The position numbers and the translations under genes are program-made. From Tricharina praecox (lineage: Eukaryota), in assembly GCF_024521635.1 (NCBI RefSeq), contig NW_026250442.1:124001-186416 (forward strand): a DNA stretch of 62,416 nt, written 5' to 3'. A model generated the notes under the pieces. The model was not told where the DNA came from. It worked only from the letters and a program-made list of their open reading frames with translations, and ran no database searches. This document shows positions 35,573 to 47,945 of the stretch, in pieces (within the stretch, counting starts at the first letter, position 1; each line of letters opens with the position of its first letter).

Positions 35573-38075
35573 ATAGAGATTCCCACCGACTATGTATGCA
35601 CCTATTTACCTATGGCTGTTTCCATTGCGATCTCGAGATCGAGATCGCAGAGCACCGAGCCTGCATGTAGAGGCAGAAGCTGAAGACTTCCGTGTGCAGA
35701 TCCTGACAAAGATAATGCCGTATCGCACAAAGGTGCAACAGACAGAGTACGCCGGCCGAAAAGTGGGATCTCGGGCTGACCGGACTGACTACCTACCTGC
35801 TAGCCAGACATACCAGAAAGAAGGAGAAGCGAGTGTGACGATCAAATAGGATTCTCAAAGGCGTGGAAATATTACCAATGAGAAATGTGCAATATCATGG
35901 ACGAGTGACGATGTGGCTTTTCAGCGAGAATCGCAACATGGCCGTCAACGGTTCTAGTGAGAGAGAGATCTTCCTGTTTTATTTCGCATGCAGCCTCTCT
36001 AGACAATGAACGGTGCTAGTGAGTGACTAGCCGTGAAGGAGTCTTTGTTGTATCGAGTGACCAAGAGTAGAGCCTGGACGTCAAGCTAGAGTATATCTAA
36101 CTCTTGCTATATTTGGGCCTGCTAAAACTCCGCACTGGTCCGCAGGTTCGAAGAAGGACCCAAGAGTATCCATTCGTAGGGCTGAAACTACGCGTAGTCT
36201 GTGGTACCTATGTAGGGATGTCTAAAGAAATTACAAACCGCAAAGTCTGACGCTGATAAACTGTGCTGTAAAGATGTTGATGCTTGAATATCATGACTTC
36301 GCGAGTGCCACCCATAATGCACATGGCTACGGATAACTATGGGGACGCGGGCACGTGAAGCGAGGACAGCGGACGGGTGAAAGATGTTGGAGACCACACT
36401 CGGCTACACTGCAAAACACCCAGAAACGGCCCGGTGGCCAGACGCTCTGTCCGCTGCCCGGCGGGAAGATGTCCGCTGTTTTCACGGCCGACAGCGACAT
36501 GGTCGCTCGACTGTCACCAGCTGCACAACCGCCACCCTCCATACTTCCTTGCGGATTGAGCTGAAACTTAAAACAAGTGTTGCCGGTTACCTATTTTGGT
36601 GGCCCCTATCGGGAATTATAGGTGTGTCACTGCGTCTGCGCAATCCCGCAGGCGTCCTGCCGTCTGTTCGTGGGAATTTCAAACTCCAGCATGGTTACTC
36701 GATTACCTACGGGTACTTTCAGTTTGCGGTTGCTAACTTGATGCGCCACATATTTTCTCTTCACAAAACCGTCGGCCACTACCTAATCTAGTCATCCCTT
36801 ATGAGGGGGTGATAGATCGTCCAAACAGATTCAGCCCTGAACCCACCGGAGTGCGCGTGGGGAAGATGCGGGGTGTGTCGGCTGCAGAGCGCTAGCGGGG
36901 ACTCGTCCAGACTCCACCGCAAAGCTGGAGAAGGCTGGCTTGTGATGTGGAGATGGAAACATGGCGGAGATCGGAGACAGGTGTTACGGCGATAGGTGGA
37001 GTGGAGGTACGATTACACGCTCCCTGCAAGAGTTCTCCTCCACCAGGCACTCGCCACAGCACTCGCCACTAGTTACTCCAGTCCGACCGACCTCACGCCT
37101 AGTTACACCGACTAACCACTTCGGCGCTCCGACTCCCCCACTCCTGCGACTGCAGCGCCGGCGCCTGGCAACCGGCAGGGAATGCGAGTAATGCCTGCGC
37201 GATCTACGGTTGGACAAGTTTCATCGCGCGGGCGGTGGTACAGAGCCAAAACATTTGTTCGCTTCCTCGACGACTAGTTCATGGTGTCCTTGCTGAGTGG
37301 GGTTTTGCTGCGGACATCCCGTCATCGTCGTGGTGGCTACGGATTGAGTGATGACTTCTGCGCTCTCGTACCGTGTTGCGGGGACTTCGTGGAGACGACC
37401 TTGCCCGGATTCGGAACGAAACTCCTACTCTTGCCCCCCGAATTCCTCAGGCCGATCCCCAGGCAACCACTCGCACGAACTTTGAAGGGGCGATCATAGG
37501 CACTGAAGGGCCCTGTAGAATATACATATAGTACATATACGGTATACCGTAACCATGTGCCGGATAAGTCCGGCTGGCAGCAGACCCAGCTAGCTCCTCA
37601 TTGCTGCTCCCCCACCCCGTATTGATGTATGTAACCTACTTTAACTCTAATCTACCTAAGTGCTTACTTGCTCTAGAATACCAAGGTCCAGTCACCTATC
37701 CACCGGAATACTACCGACTGTGCTCCCTGGTACATGGTAGCATGTATCTACATACTCGAGATTGGAGTAGGTATGCACCTTCCAGTACCATCCACCATCC
37801 ACCATTCACCATGCTCCATCCTCCATCCGCTATCCACTCCGGACTCGGCATCCTGTCACCACGGCACGCTCAACTCGTGCGCATGCGGCTGAAGATAATG
37901 GTCTGCCACGATGAGACTGCACAGCCTCCATGCTACGCAGGAATGGATGGTATGCAGCTTTGTAGGTGGGGTCGTCGGCGCTTGCTTCCTCCTTCTTAAT
38001 CTCTCCACCCCCTCCACCCCGCAGCCGCCCGCCTCGGACTTGCACTCTCTTTGAAAATATATCGACTGCCATCCG

Positions 38076-40452
38076 ATGAAGAGCATACCGACATTCGTGC
38101 GCGCCGCCGTGGCCCTCGTCGCCGCCGCCGCCTTGCTCCCACATGTTTCCGCTCAGGGTTCCTCGGATCCCTGCACCGATGCCTCGGTGGAGATCGAAAG
38201 GAGCATGCTCAGGCGCAGAAGTACGTGCCGTCATTTCTTCCCCCCTTCGGGCTGACGCTATTCAGGCCGACCAGCGCTCCCTGATACTGATGCCCACGTG
38301 TAGACTTTGAGTTGCCAGCCTCGGTGGCCGTTGCGTGCATGAAAACCTTCACCTTGAGCCCCGACCGCCAGCTCAACCTCACCAGGCATGTGCGTAAGTA
38401 TATGGACTTCTACTCGGCTGGCACCTACTTCCAGCACAATGTCTGCCCCGAGCTCGACTTGCCCACCGTAAACATCAACGCCACCTTCGACCGCATCGAG
38501 AAGGATATACAAGCCGGAAAACTCACCACGTACGATGTCAACAGGCAACTCTTCGAGTTGTTTGGCTCCGTCAAGGATGGCCATGTCCAGTTCTTGCCAA
38601 CATGTGTGGCTGGCGCCTTCGTTTTCATACACGACTACCCGTTAATGCAGTTCGCCGCCACTCCCGACTCGATTCCGGAAACCTATCACGCGATATTCCG
38701 TAGTGCCTCGCAACCTCCTACAGTCGGCCAGAAAGTCGTCAAGATTAACGGCATCGACCCCGTTACCTATCTCACCGATCTAGCCAAAAACCATCCCGAG
38801 AGTGCTTGGATCGACCCCGACGCCAGGTTCAACGAATTGTTGATAAACATGCGACGGAGCCAGTGGCAGAACGGTCACTTTGCGCAGCGACAATCGTACG
38901 AGGAGAATCCCATCTCGATCGAGTTCGCCAACGGCACCACCGTGCAGGTCGAATGGAAGGCGAGGTACCTGAACGGTCGCAGGGACGCCACTGAGGTGCC
39001 CCTGCCTTTCACCGATTCCGACACTTTTGGCGCCTATGTCTGTACTCGCACCGACCAGGAGCTCATCGCCGATCTCGGAGCCTTGCTGTCAGGATCCGTC
39101 GACGGTCGCGGCCCGGAGGATGCGCCACCGATCGGCCGTGACTCGGACGATGGCAACGGCAGTATCCGGGCGCCCTTATATCCCCGGCAAAATTCGCAAC
39201 CGACCTGGTTTTCCGAGAATATCATTTTCGGCACCGACGATGGCGAAATCTCCTACTACGAACTCGACAACCGGACCGCGGTGTTGACGTTGACCGCTTT
39301 TACCGAGATACCCGGCTCGGTCAGTTCTAATCAGTTTCAGTCGAGATTCTCGGAAGCTGCCGCAAGCATGATTGCGATGGCGAAAAAGAACGGCATCACG
39401 CGGTTGCTGATCGACATCACCTCCAATGGTGGAGGTTATACTTCGCTCGGCTTCAATTTGGCTCGTCAACTGTTTCCCCAGAACAGCAAGATCTTCTTTG
39501 GAAACAACATGCGCTGGCACCCCCTCCTCGACAAGGTGTTCACCGAGGGCGATCAGGACTACCTACTGACAACCTACTTCGCTCTGGGCCAATTGCACAC
39601 ACCCGAGGGCGGCGACTGGAAGGATTGGCGCGACATGTTGGGACCCGTGCACCGGGATGATGATCTTTTCACTAAGATTTCAATTCCAGACGAGTCGCAG
39701 ATCGTCCAAGATACCGGTAACGTCATATTTCAAGGTTTCTCACAGAAACAACCTTTCGAAGTCGACAATGTTATTCTGGTACATACATACATGCATACAT
39801 ATGGGGTCCTCTCCAGGGTTCCAATACCGTGCTGACACTCATACCGCGATAGATCACCTCTGGCCTTTGCGGATCGACGTGTGCACTCTTTGCCGAAGCG
39901 TTGCAAGCCGTCGGCGTCAAGGTCGTCACCGTCGGGGGCAGGCCCAATGTCGGCCCCATGCAAGGTATTGGCGGCGTCAAAGGCTCGCAAGTCCTCACTT
40001 TCGATGAAATCGCCCTGTTGACCTATAACATTGCGAGGCCCATCATACGGAAGGACCCCTCTTTCGAGGCGCAACTTCCGTATCCATTGAATCTTCGCAC
40101 GGAAGGCGCAGGAATCAACTTCCGCAACTCCTGGCGCAGAGATGACGGCCAGTACCTGCCCATCGAGTTCCTGTATACCCCAGCAGATTACCGCATGTTC
40201 TACACCAGAGACATGTTCCGCCAGGCGTCGGCCATCCACGAGGCTGCGCGTGATATCGCGTGGGGCGGCGCTAAGGAGATGAGTGGCGGAGCCTACACTC
40301 CCGTTATGGGCTTCGACGGCTCAAAATTCAAGTGGCCGAAGGGAAGCGGGTCGACCGGCGCAAAGGGTAATGGCACTAGCGGCGGAGCCGCGCACTGGGC
40401 TAGTCTGGCCCTGGGAGACCTCATCTGGGAGAAGATGAATAAGCACGTGTAG
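38076..40452 (+). CDS. Secreted peptidase S41 family protein; exons 38076-38220, 38304-39778, 39853-40452
   Basis: Signal peptide MKSIPTFVRAAVALVAAAALLPHVSA; DGHV; LLIDITSNGGG; spliced catalytic-Ser motif IL|ITSGLCGSTC; GGRP..GPMQGIGGVKGSQV. Confidence 0.92.
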
Positions 40453-41136
40453 ATAATTGTTCATGTCGGATTCTGGCGTTTGGGACTCGGGAGAGTTTGC
40501 TCGGTTGTTGTTTTTTTCCTTTTCTTTTTTGGCGCGGAAGACTCGGAGGAGGAGGAGGAGGAGGTCACTTCCGCCGCCGTTCCTGTTTGATATCTTGTCC
40601 AGGCATGATTATGCGACTCGTATGGAAGCGATATCGTATAAAGACATGATTATGCTACCTATGTACTCGTATGGAAACGATATCTCTGTTCGGTTGGGCT
40701 AGGTGGTGATTTTGGACGACTCCAGGTTTATGTAGATGTGAAATACCATGATACACAGAAAACTCGGGCCGGAATTACATAGTAGCTGATGCGTAGTCCA
40801 CATAGTCAAAGTTAAAGTCCGCACTGCGTCGGTTCAATCCGGTCTACCGATCTCAAAAGTGGGGCACGAGTACCGCGTGTGGTCCAGCTGGTTATTGCTG
40901 CTGAATGTAGGACTCACAGACTGGATGTGTCAACTTCTGGGTCTCGCGACGGTAGAACCCCACGGGCCGAAGCTACTCTATCGACGGCAGTCATTTATCA
41001 ACACATCCACATAGGTTTTGTCCGCAACATCGGCTAGTCGACAACTCCAACAAGGTATTTGAGACCCTCGGCCGTGCTGTGCCCAATCCCGCAGGCTGCA
41101 GCCGTGTCTCCAGACACAAGCCCCCTGCTACATATG

Positions 41137-42448
41137 TGTTCTAGCCCACACGGCAGATTTTCCCATCTTTAGATGGGCCGGCCTACCGGACAGCAGACTA
41201 GCCAGGTCATGAATAGTCCTGATCTGCTTGTTGGCCGGACGATCCCCAGAAAAATTCTGGTCCTCCGTCTGGCCCAACCACAAACACGGATTCTGGTATC
41301 TGGGCCAGTCCATCCACAGACAGTCTGGCCCAGCTGCCAGATCTCTCTGCAGGGATTTTCGAGATTTTTACCATTTCGGTTAGTTATCGCCAAGGTTAAA
41401 AAAATATCACCCTTCCCAGCACTTCAAGGTTTCCATCTTCAACAACGAATACTCCACCAACACATTGCCCTCAGCACCATCATGTCCGCCGCCATCAAGT
41501 CCACCGCCTACATGTCCACATGTCCGCCGTCATCCAGCCCAATCAATGCACTCCATTTTCGGCAGAACATTTTCAGCAATTCGAACGATGGATGAATCAA
41601 GACAAAAGCAGGACTACCCGTCGCCGCACCTGCTCTACCCGTCGCTACCTCTGCTCCACTGCCTGTCGCCATTGTCAACAAGCGGTACACGATTGAAAAG
41701 TTCGCTCCAAAAGCGACACAGTTTGATTGCCCAAATCCATCTTACTTAATCAGCCGGACAGAAGTGGCATTGGTAGACCGTGATGTGGGTTCGGAGAGCG
41801 AGCAAGCAGGCCAGGTTACTGTTGAAGAGTCCTAGCTTTGTGATATTGAAGACTCGGAGGAGTCACCGCCGCCACTGGCCCAGCAGTTTGGAAGGAGGGT
41901 ACGCAGGGTTTCCATTCCATCCGCAGTTATGCCGGATAATGATGCAGACTCGGGAAGATCTCTGAGGAACAGGGGAAGGCGGGTCTAAGGTTGAGGGAGG
42001 TTTATGCGTAGTTTGTATGTAGTTTGTTTTCAATCAGGGCTGTCAACCGTCCGTCCAATCCGTCTTTGAGGTTGCCCGAGACGGGACGGAATTAGTTGGG
42101 CTGAGGAGAACAAGGACTACAGTCTTGCGGGCTGGCGGATTGAGGACGGATACCCTACAGGGCCCGGAATTGACTTGGACACTAGGACAATGCTGGCGGC
42201 GTGGCGCCACAAAGTGGTGTGGCTGTGTGGCTCTATTTCTGTGGATGGTCCGGCCCAACCGAAGGATTCTATGAATGGTCCGGCCCCAAGTTACCAAAAT
42301 ATTTGTTTTGGGCGCGTCGAGGGACCAGAATTTTTCTGGGGATGGTCCGGCCAACAAGCAGATCAGGACTATTCATACACGGGCTGGCCATCCAGTAGAT
42401 AGGCCAGCCCATCTAAAGGTGGGAAAATCTGCCGTGTGGGCTAGAACA
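41137..42448. mobile_element. Non-autonomous long-TIR element (~1.3 kb; arms ~41137-41320 and ~42235-42448)
   Basis: TGTTCTAGCCCACACGGCAGATTTTCCCA..ATGAATAGTCCTGATCTGCTTGTTGGCCGGAC..CCCCAGAAAAATTCTGGTCC is matched in inverted orientation; the ORF track shows the same pseudo-peptide on opposite strands. Confidence 0.85.
42035..42178 (+). mobile_element. Truncated 5' end of the hAT MITE family found at 47251
   Basis: CAGGGCTGTCAACCGTCCGTC..CTTTGAGGTTGCCCG..GGACGGATACCCTACAGGGCCCGGAA is colinear with 47251-47392. Confidence 0.9.
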
Positions 42449-44479
42449 TATGTACGTAGGTACCTACTCAGTCCTTGGCTTGCAGTCGACGGCAGTCCAC
42501 CCAGCCTCCAGAACCGCACAAGGCTGAGGGCTGAGGTCAAATCTCGTACAGCAACGGGAGGAGCTGACGTGTACTATTCTAGAGTCTGGAGTCTGGATAT
42601 GTAGACTGGGCTATTTGTGGTTATGGAGGACCAGGTGGCAGACTCGATGCATTGAATGCAAGCCGGACCCTCAGCTCTTGAGTTCACGGCCACCAACCCT
42701 ATCACGTAAGCCGATCCGTGCTTGGTAATGAATTCCCTGCCTACATACATATTTCTTGTACATAAGATGTATGTATGTACTCACACCGCATGGTCTCGGG
42801 AGCATGCGGTGGAAATCTATGCCAACACCCGCTTCAGCCTTACCTTAATATCTTGGGCCTTAAGTCTTGGGATACCTGGGAGCTACGCGGGCTTGCTAAC
42901 TATAGCGTTGACTGATCGACGGACAGGTTAAAGGTTTGAGTGATCGGATAAGCATGAATGAGACTGCAAGCGGACGGGGAAGGTCTGAGGCACGTGCGCG
43001 GGTGCGTGCGTAAGTACGTGCTGTAGGTACGTGGTAAGTGACGATGAGTATTGAGTATCACCACTGTCCTCGCGGAGGTGGGTATGACGAGGCTACTTCT
43101 CAAGCTGGGAGCACCCGACGTCGCCCAAGTGAGATTGTGCGGATGCATGGGTAAATGGATAGTCGGGAGTCGGGGAATAGGGAAAGTAGGATGGATGGAT
43201 GGATGGATAGACGAATCGACAGGCATGGTGGATCATGGTGGATCACTCGCTCCAGAGTGCCCACGACCGAGCGCAAGGAAATTTGTTTTTGGGGAAAGGG
43301 GGAGTTCGACATCTCTTGTGACGTCGCATTGGGGTGGCACTCTGCAGGTGGCTGTGGCTGGTCAAACGGTAACGGTAGGTAATGCAGCCGATTGGAGGGG
43401 CAAGAGGGGGGGGCAAGAGAGGAATGCTACTCCCCTCCGACCTGTGGTCGGGACTCGGCACTGGGCTGTGGTGGCGCAGTTAAAGGCGATGGCGCGAGCT
43501 GGGGAGTGGAGCGCCAGATGTGAGCGCGCCGCGCGTCCGTGAAAAGAGTCCCCGACACCCGAGATAGCAAGGTCTTCGCCAGTTCCGGAGCTTCATTGCG
43601 AAAATCTCAACGGCTGAATTCATGCGCTGGTATGTATGCAGCGGTACAATCGCCACTGACTTATAGGTAGGTCTACCTCCGAAGTGTGCGGGATTTAGGT
43701 GTTGGGCAAGGTTCTCGGCGAACGTATTCTGTGAAATAGCATTGGCAGAAACATTTGCTCCCCCCGGTGGCCAGGCCTCGAGCACCACGTTGTGGGCAGG
43801 TCGACGTGGTGCCTTCCACTTGCACCCGGCGCTCCTCAGGCTCCGGCCGTAACACTTTGTATGTATGAGTAGATTCGAATAGCTGTCTTTGGCTGGAGCG
43901 GGCCCGAGATTATCACACTTCCGAATTTTCGGCCCGAACAGCCCAGGCTTACGTACATACCAGAAAACGGGACGGCCTGTAGTTGGCTACGGTCTTCTGT
44001 ATATTACTATATATAGAGCAGAAAGAAGAGTGCAAACATTAAACCGAGATCTCAAAGTGTGGTGTGGCGAAGTGATGGAGGAGCTGTCGGCGGCGAGAGG
44101 ATACCTAGTAGATACGGATGTAGTTAGCGTGGATGGCAAGGGCGGACATCAAGGAGGGAGCGTACTTGAGAGGCCTTCTCTCTCTCTCTCGTCATCATCT
44201 CTGGAATAGACGATCAACCTCTACCTCCTCTTTGTCCTTGTCTGTTCGCATTCTCTCGACCCACCGCTTTCCGTTGTAGAGAAGCATTGGCGAAAGAGCC
44301 CTCGCAATAGCCGGGTCCGGCAACCTCTACAGCTCCATATTCAACACACGCTGCTCCCGGTCCGACCTCCAGCATCATCCCCACCCGCGTAAGCCCCCAA
44401 TCCCTGTGCCCTCATGATATATCACCTCTTCCCGCGCTCACGGCTTCAAGCACTCTTGCGCTTCAATGATATCATCACA

Positions 44480-44950
44480 AAACCGTGATTGCTGGTCATC
44501 AATGACAAGTCTGGCACAGATGATACCGCTGAATACCTCTGCGCCTCGGTAGACCTCATAGGTACGGTAACAGCTCTGATCATTGCTGAACCGCTGCACA
44601 TATGACTGGTCCTGTTGGCTGGCAACGTATAGTCAGCCATTACCGTGCCGCCAGCTACGGTCGTTGGTAATGTCGTGATACTGCCCATCGGTAAGTTCCG
44701 CTTTGGCTTCCCCTCACCGCACTTGGGGTTACACACATTCCGTGATGCTAATTAACCATCGGGCTTTCAGGTTTTCCGAAGCAGAGCTAGGCCGCCCTAA
44801 GCTTTCCGTAATCTCGGCCGGAACAGGTTTATGGCGTCATTGACGGTTTGGCCTACAGCCCGGCCGCCTTGCTTATTCGTCTGCTTGCTGGTATGCTATT
44901 CGCTGGTGTTTTTTGGGCCAGCACTGGCCGCCAGAAACTTCTGTTGGGCA
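44480..44950 (+). pseudogene. Decayed membrane-protein gene fragment (possibly an MFS transporter)
   Basis: Hydrophobic frames with stops (LIGTVTALIIAEPLHI*LVLLAG; GLAYSPAALLIRLLAGMLFAG) around a canonical intron 44691-44770 (GTAAGT..GCTAAT..CAG). Confidence 0.3.
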
Positions 44951-45192
44951 GGACGTCTCTTCACATGAAGTCCGATCGTGTATGCACGAGGATGGAGAGC
45001 GCTGCTGCAGCTGCATACGGACTTGTAAATGCGATGCGGCGTAACCAATGAGCGAAGACCACATCCATTCACTAATCAGCCGCATAGGGGAGCCTCTAGA
45101 GCCGTCACCAAAGCGGGACCGGAGACGATGCGACGCGGAGCCCTTGACACAACATCAAAAACCCCATCCGTTTGCGACAGATTCACGACGAA

Positions 45193-46964
45193 ATGGACGG
45201 CCTCTCGATTGCGTCGGCAGTTGTAGGACTGCTGCAAGCTAGCCTCAAGATCATCGGCTTCGTCTCCAAGGTCGCCGACGCCCCAATCATCGCTCGCGAC
45301 CTGCTAGTCGAAGTCCGGGCCATGCGTATAATCCTGCACCAGCTCCATACATTCATCGACAACTGTAGCGATTACGACGACTGTAGCGATTACGACGAAG
45401 ACGATAGATCTCAAGTCGACCTCGAAGACCTCGTCACTATCCTGACCGGCTGCGTCTGTGCCTTCTCCGAGCTCGACGCCGTGTTGGATCGCTATCCCAC
45501 CGGCGATGATCCCCGGTTTGATCTGTGGGACCGAGTGAGATGGGCGACAAAGGAGAAAGAACTCACTAGGATTGTGCGCAACCTCCAATCCCACAAGACT
45601 TCAGTGAGCGGATTGCTCTCGATGTGGGTGCACCGTTTTGGTCTTGGTACTGGATGTCTGTTGTTTGGCTTCAATGCTGATGGAGCGACGCAGCGTCACG
45701 GCGAAACAAGCATCTACCGCAAGGAAACAGGCTCGGTTGGCGAGGGAGGACCTGAAATCACTGGTGGCTATTTTATTATCAGTTCCAACCCTTTCAGAGC
45801 GCATGGCCTCTTTTGCGACCCCTTCCATGGCAAATCACCCATCCTCTATCTTCACGGAGTCACCTTCTGGACCTCGCGGTGCCCCTACCAGCTTCTCCCG
45901 AGTTTGTCGTGGGAAGAAGTGGCTCCTCACTTTTCACGAGGTCGAGGTTGCAACTCACGGCTGTCAGCTGCGATAGCGGCTCTTCCATCCGGACGCACTC
46001 ATCATCGCAGAGGCCGTTGTCCACATTCCTGTTGACATGCGAGCCAATATTGGCCAAGACTTGGGTGTACCAAAAGGCAGCTAGAAATGCTTCAACCCAG
46101 AGTTTAGACACCATCCGCACTACAGGCTCAGGCTGGTCGCAGTTCAGCGGGGTGAGTCTGGACAAAATGTCGAATTTGTCGGTCATCCGTCTACCCGTAT
46201 ACGCCGTCGAACTCGTCAATGGGGATGTGTACCAACAGGGGCAGATCCGGACGTTTGACTCGAGTGTCGCCACCAAGACGGCAAGTCCAAGACCACTGCC
46301 CATTCTTCGGGAACGCAGCCAGATGTTCAGCTCAGCTATCCGGCATCGCCTACGATCCGACCAAGAGCGGGTATCACTTTTACTGTCCGCTGCTCAGAAG
46401 GGTGACACTACTACCATAAATGTCTTGATAAAGCGTATCGGTGTCGATAAGGAAGCCCGCGATCATAGACAAAGGACAGCCTTATACTTGGCTGCTTTAA
46501 CAGGACATCTGAATGCTGTACGTCACTTACTTGAACACGGCGCCAAAATCGAGACCAGAGATGTGCAGAATGGGTCTCCGCTGCATGAAGCTGCATCAAA
46601 TAACCATCAGGATATCGTACGTCACCTGGTCGAGTCCGGTCCCAAACTAAACGTCCAAAACATCTATGGTCGGGCTCCGTTGCGTGAAGCTGCATCGGAA
46701 GAACATCTGGAAATCGTACGTCACTTGGTGGATTCTGGTGCCAGCGTGAAGCCCCAAGACATCGCTGTTCAAACTCCGCTGCGACACGCTGCATCGGAAG
46801 GCCATCTGGACATCGTACGTCACCTGGTGGAGTTCGGTGCCAACGTGGAGACCCAAGATATCAATGGTCGAACTCCGCTGGAATACGCTGCAGCGAAAGG
46901 CCATATGGTACAGCTCGGTGCTAACTTAGAGGTCAAAGACGACAATTGTCAAAACTGGCTGTAG
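45193..46964 (+). CDS. HeLo-like (fungal N-terminal) domain, linker domain and ankyrin repeats, without NACHT; intron 45624-45693; second junction (~45813-46010) unresolved
   Basis: MDGLSIASAVVGLL..VADAP..LTGCVCAFSELD..WDRVRWATKE; WVY..WSQFSGVSLDKMSNLSVIRLP; about 6 ANK repeats (TALYLAA, GSPLHEAA, TPLRHAA, GRTPLEYAA). Confidence 0.8.
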
Positions 46965-47250
46965 AATATTACATGGAGACACCGTCAGGTCATGTTCGAG
47001 TTCGGATTCGGTCTCGGTAATGGACCCTTCGCGCGCGTCTCCGAAGGCCAAGAAACGAGTGATAACTATTTCCATAACGTGCACGCCGGAAGCGAGAAGA
47101 CGTATATGACGAAATTGTATTGTTTCTTTCTGCTTTATAAGTTTCCTATGTTGCCCGCCTTTCTGCATCGAAGCATCTATTCTGAATTTACACACTGTTT
47201 TGAGATGCCCTTCCTCTTTCTCTACGCTGTTGCACAAATCATCACCAAGG

Positions 47251-47795
47251 CAGGGCTGTCAACCGTCCGTCTCGTCCGTCTTTGAGGTTGCCCGGCCCGG
47301 GACGGAATTAGTCGGGGCCGAGGACAGGGACTACAGTCTTCCGGGCTGGAGAAATGAGGACGGATACCCTACAGGGCCCGGAAAGGACTCGGTCACCAAG
47401 AAATTCCTTGGCATCGGCTGGAGAAAATATTTTCACCCGTATCCCCCAAGCCCAGTCGAATCACATTTTCCTCCCACCAACAAGTAACTCTCCCACCAAC
47501 AAGCATATTTTCCTCCCACCGGCAAACCCAGCCAAATCAGAAAATCCAGCGCGCCGAAATATTCTGCTCGGCGAAAAAATCTGCTCGGTTGCCGGTGGCC
47601 GCCGGGCCATTACTCTGTAGACTAGTAGTCAGCAAAGTACGCTAGTGTTATCAGGTACCTATAGGTACCTGGCGGGTATCCGGGCATTTCGTCCTCCGGA
47701 CGGAATGGATCAGTCCTGTGGAAAGCCTGCCCGGGACGGGACGGGACTATAGTCCACTAGTGGACTGTAGTCCAGACGGACGGTTGACAGCCCTG
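47251..47795. mobile_element. Non-autonomous hAT-type MITE, 545 bp
   Basis: Perfect 22-bp TIRs CAGGGCTGTCAACCGTCCGTCT / AGACGGACGGTTGACAGCCCTG; perfect 8-bp TSD CACCAAGG at 47243-47250 and 47796-47803. Confidence 0.95.
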
Positions 47796-47945
47796 CACCA
47801 AGGTCACAGACGAAGAATTCCGGACTCCGCCGCATAACGCTGTACGGAGAGGCCGTCTGGACATCAGCCTTCATCGAGTCGCCTCCACAGGCAATACCAA
47901 CGTCAAGGATCACTTTGGGAGGTCACCACTGCAGCTCCCGGTAGG
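47796..47945 (+). pseudogene. Decayed ankyrin-repeat remnant downstream of the MITE
   Basis: Translates as TKVTDEEFRTPPHNAVRRGRLDISLHRVASTGNTNVKDHFGRSPLQL. Confidence 0.6.
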
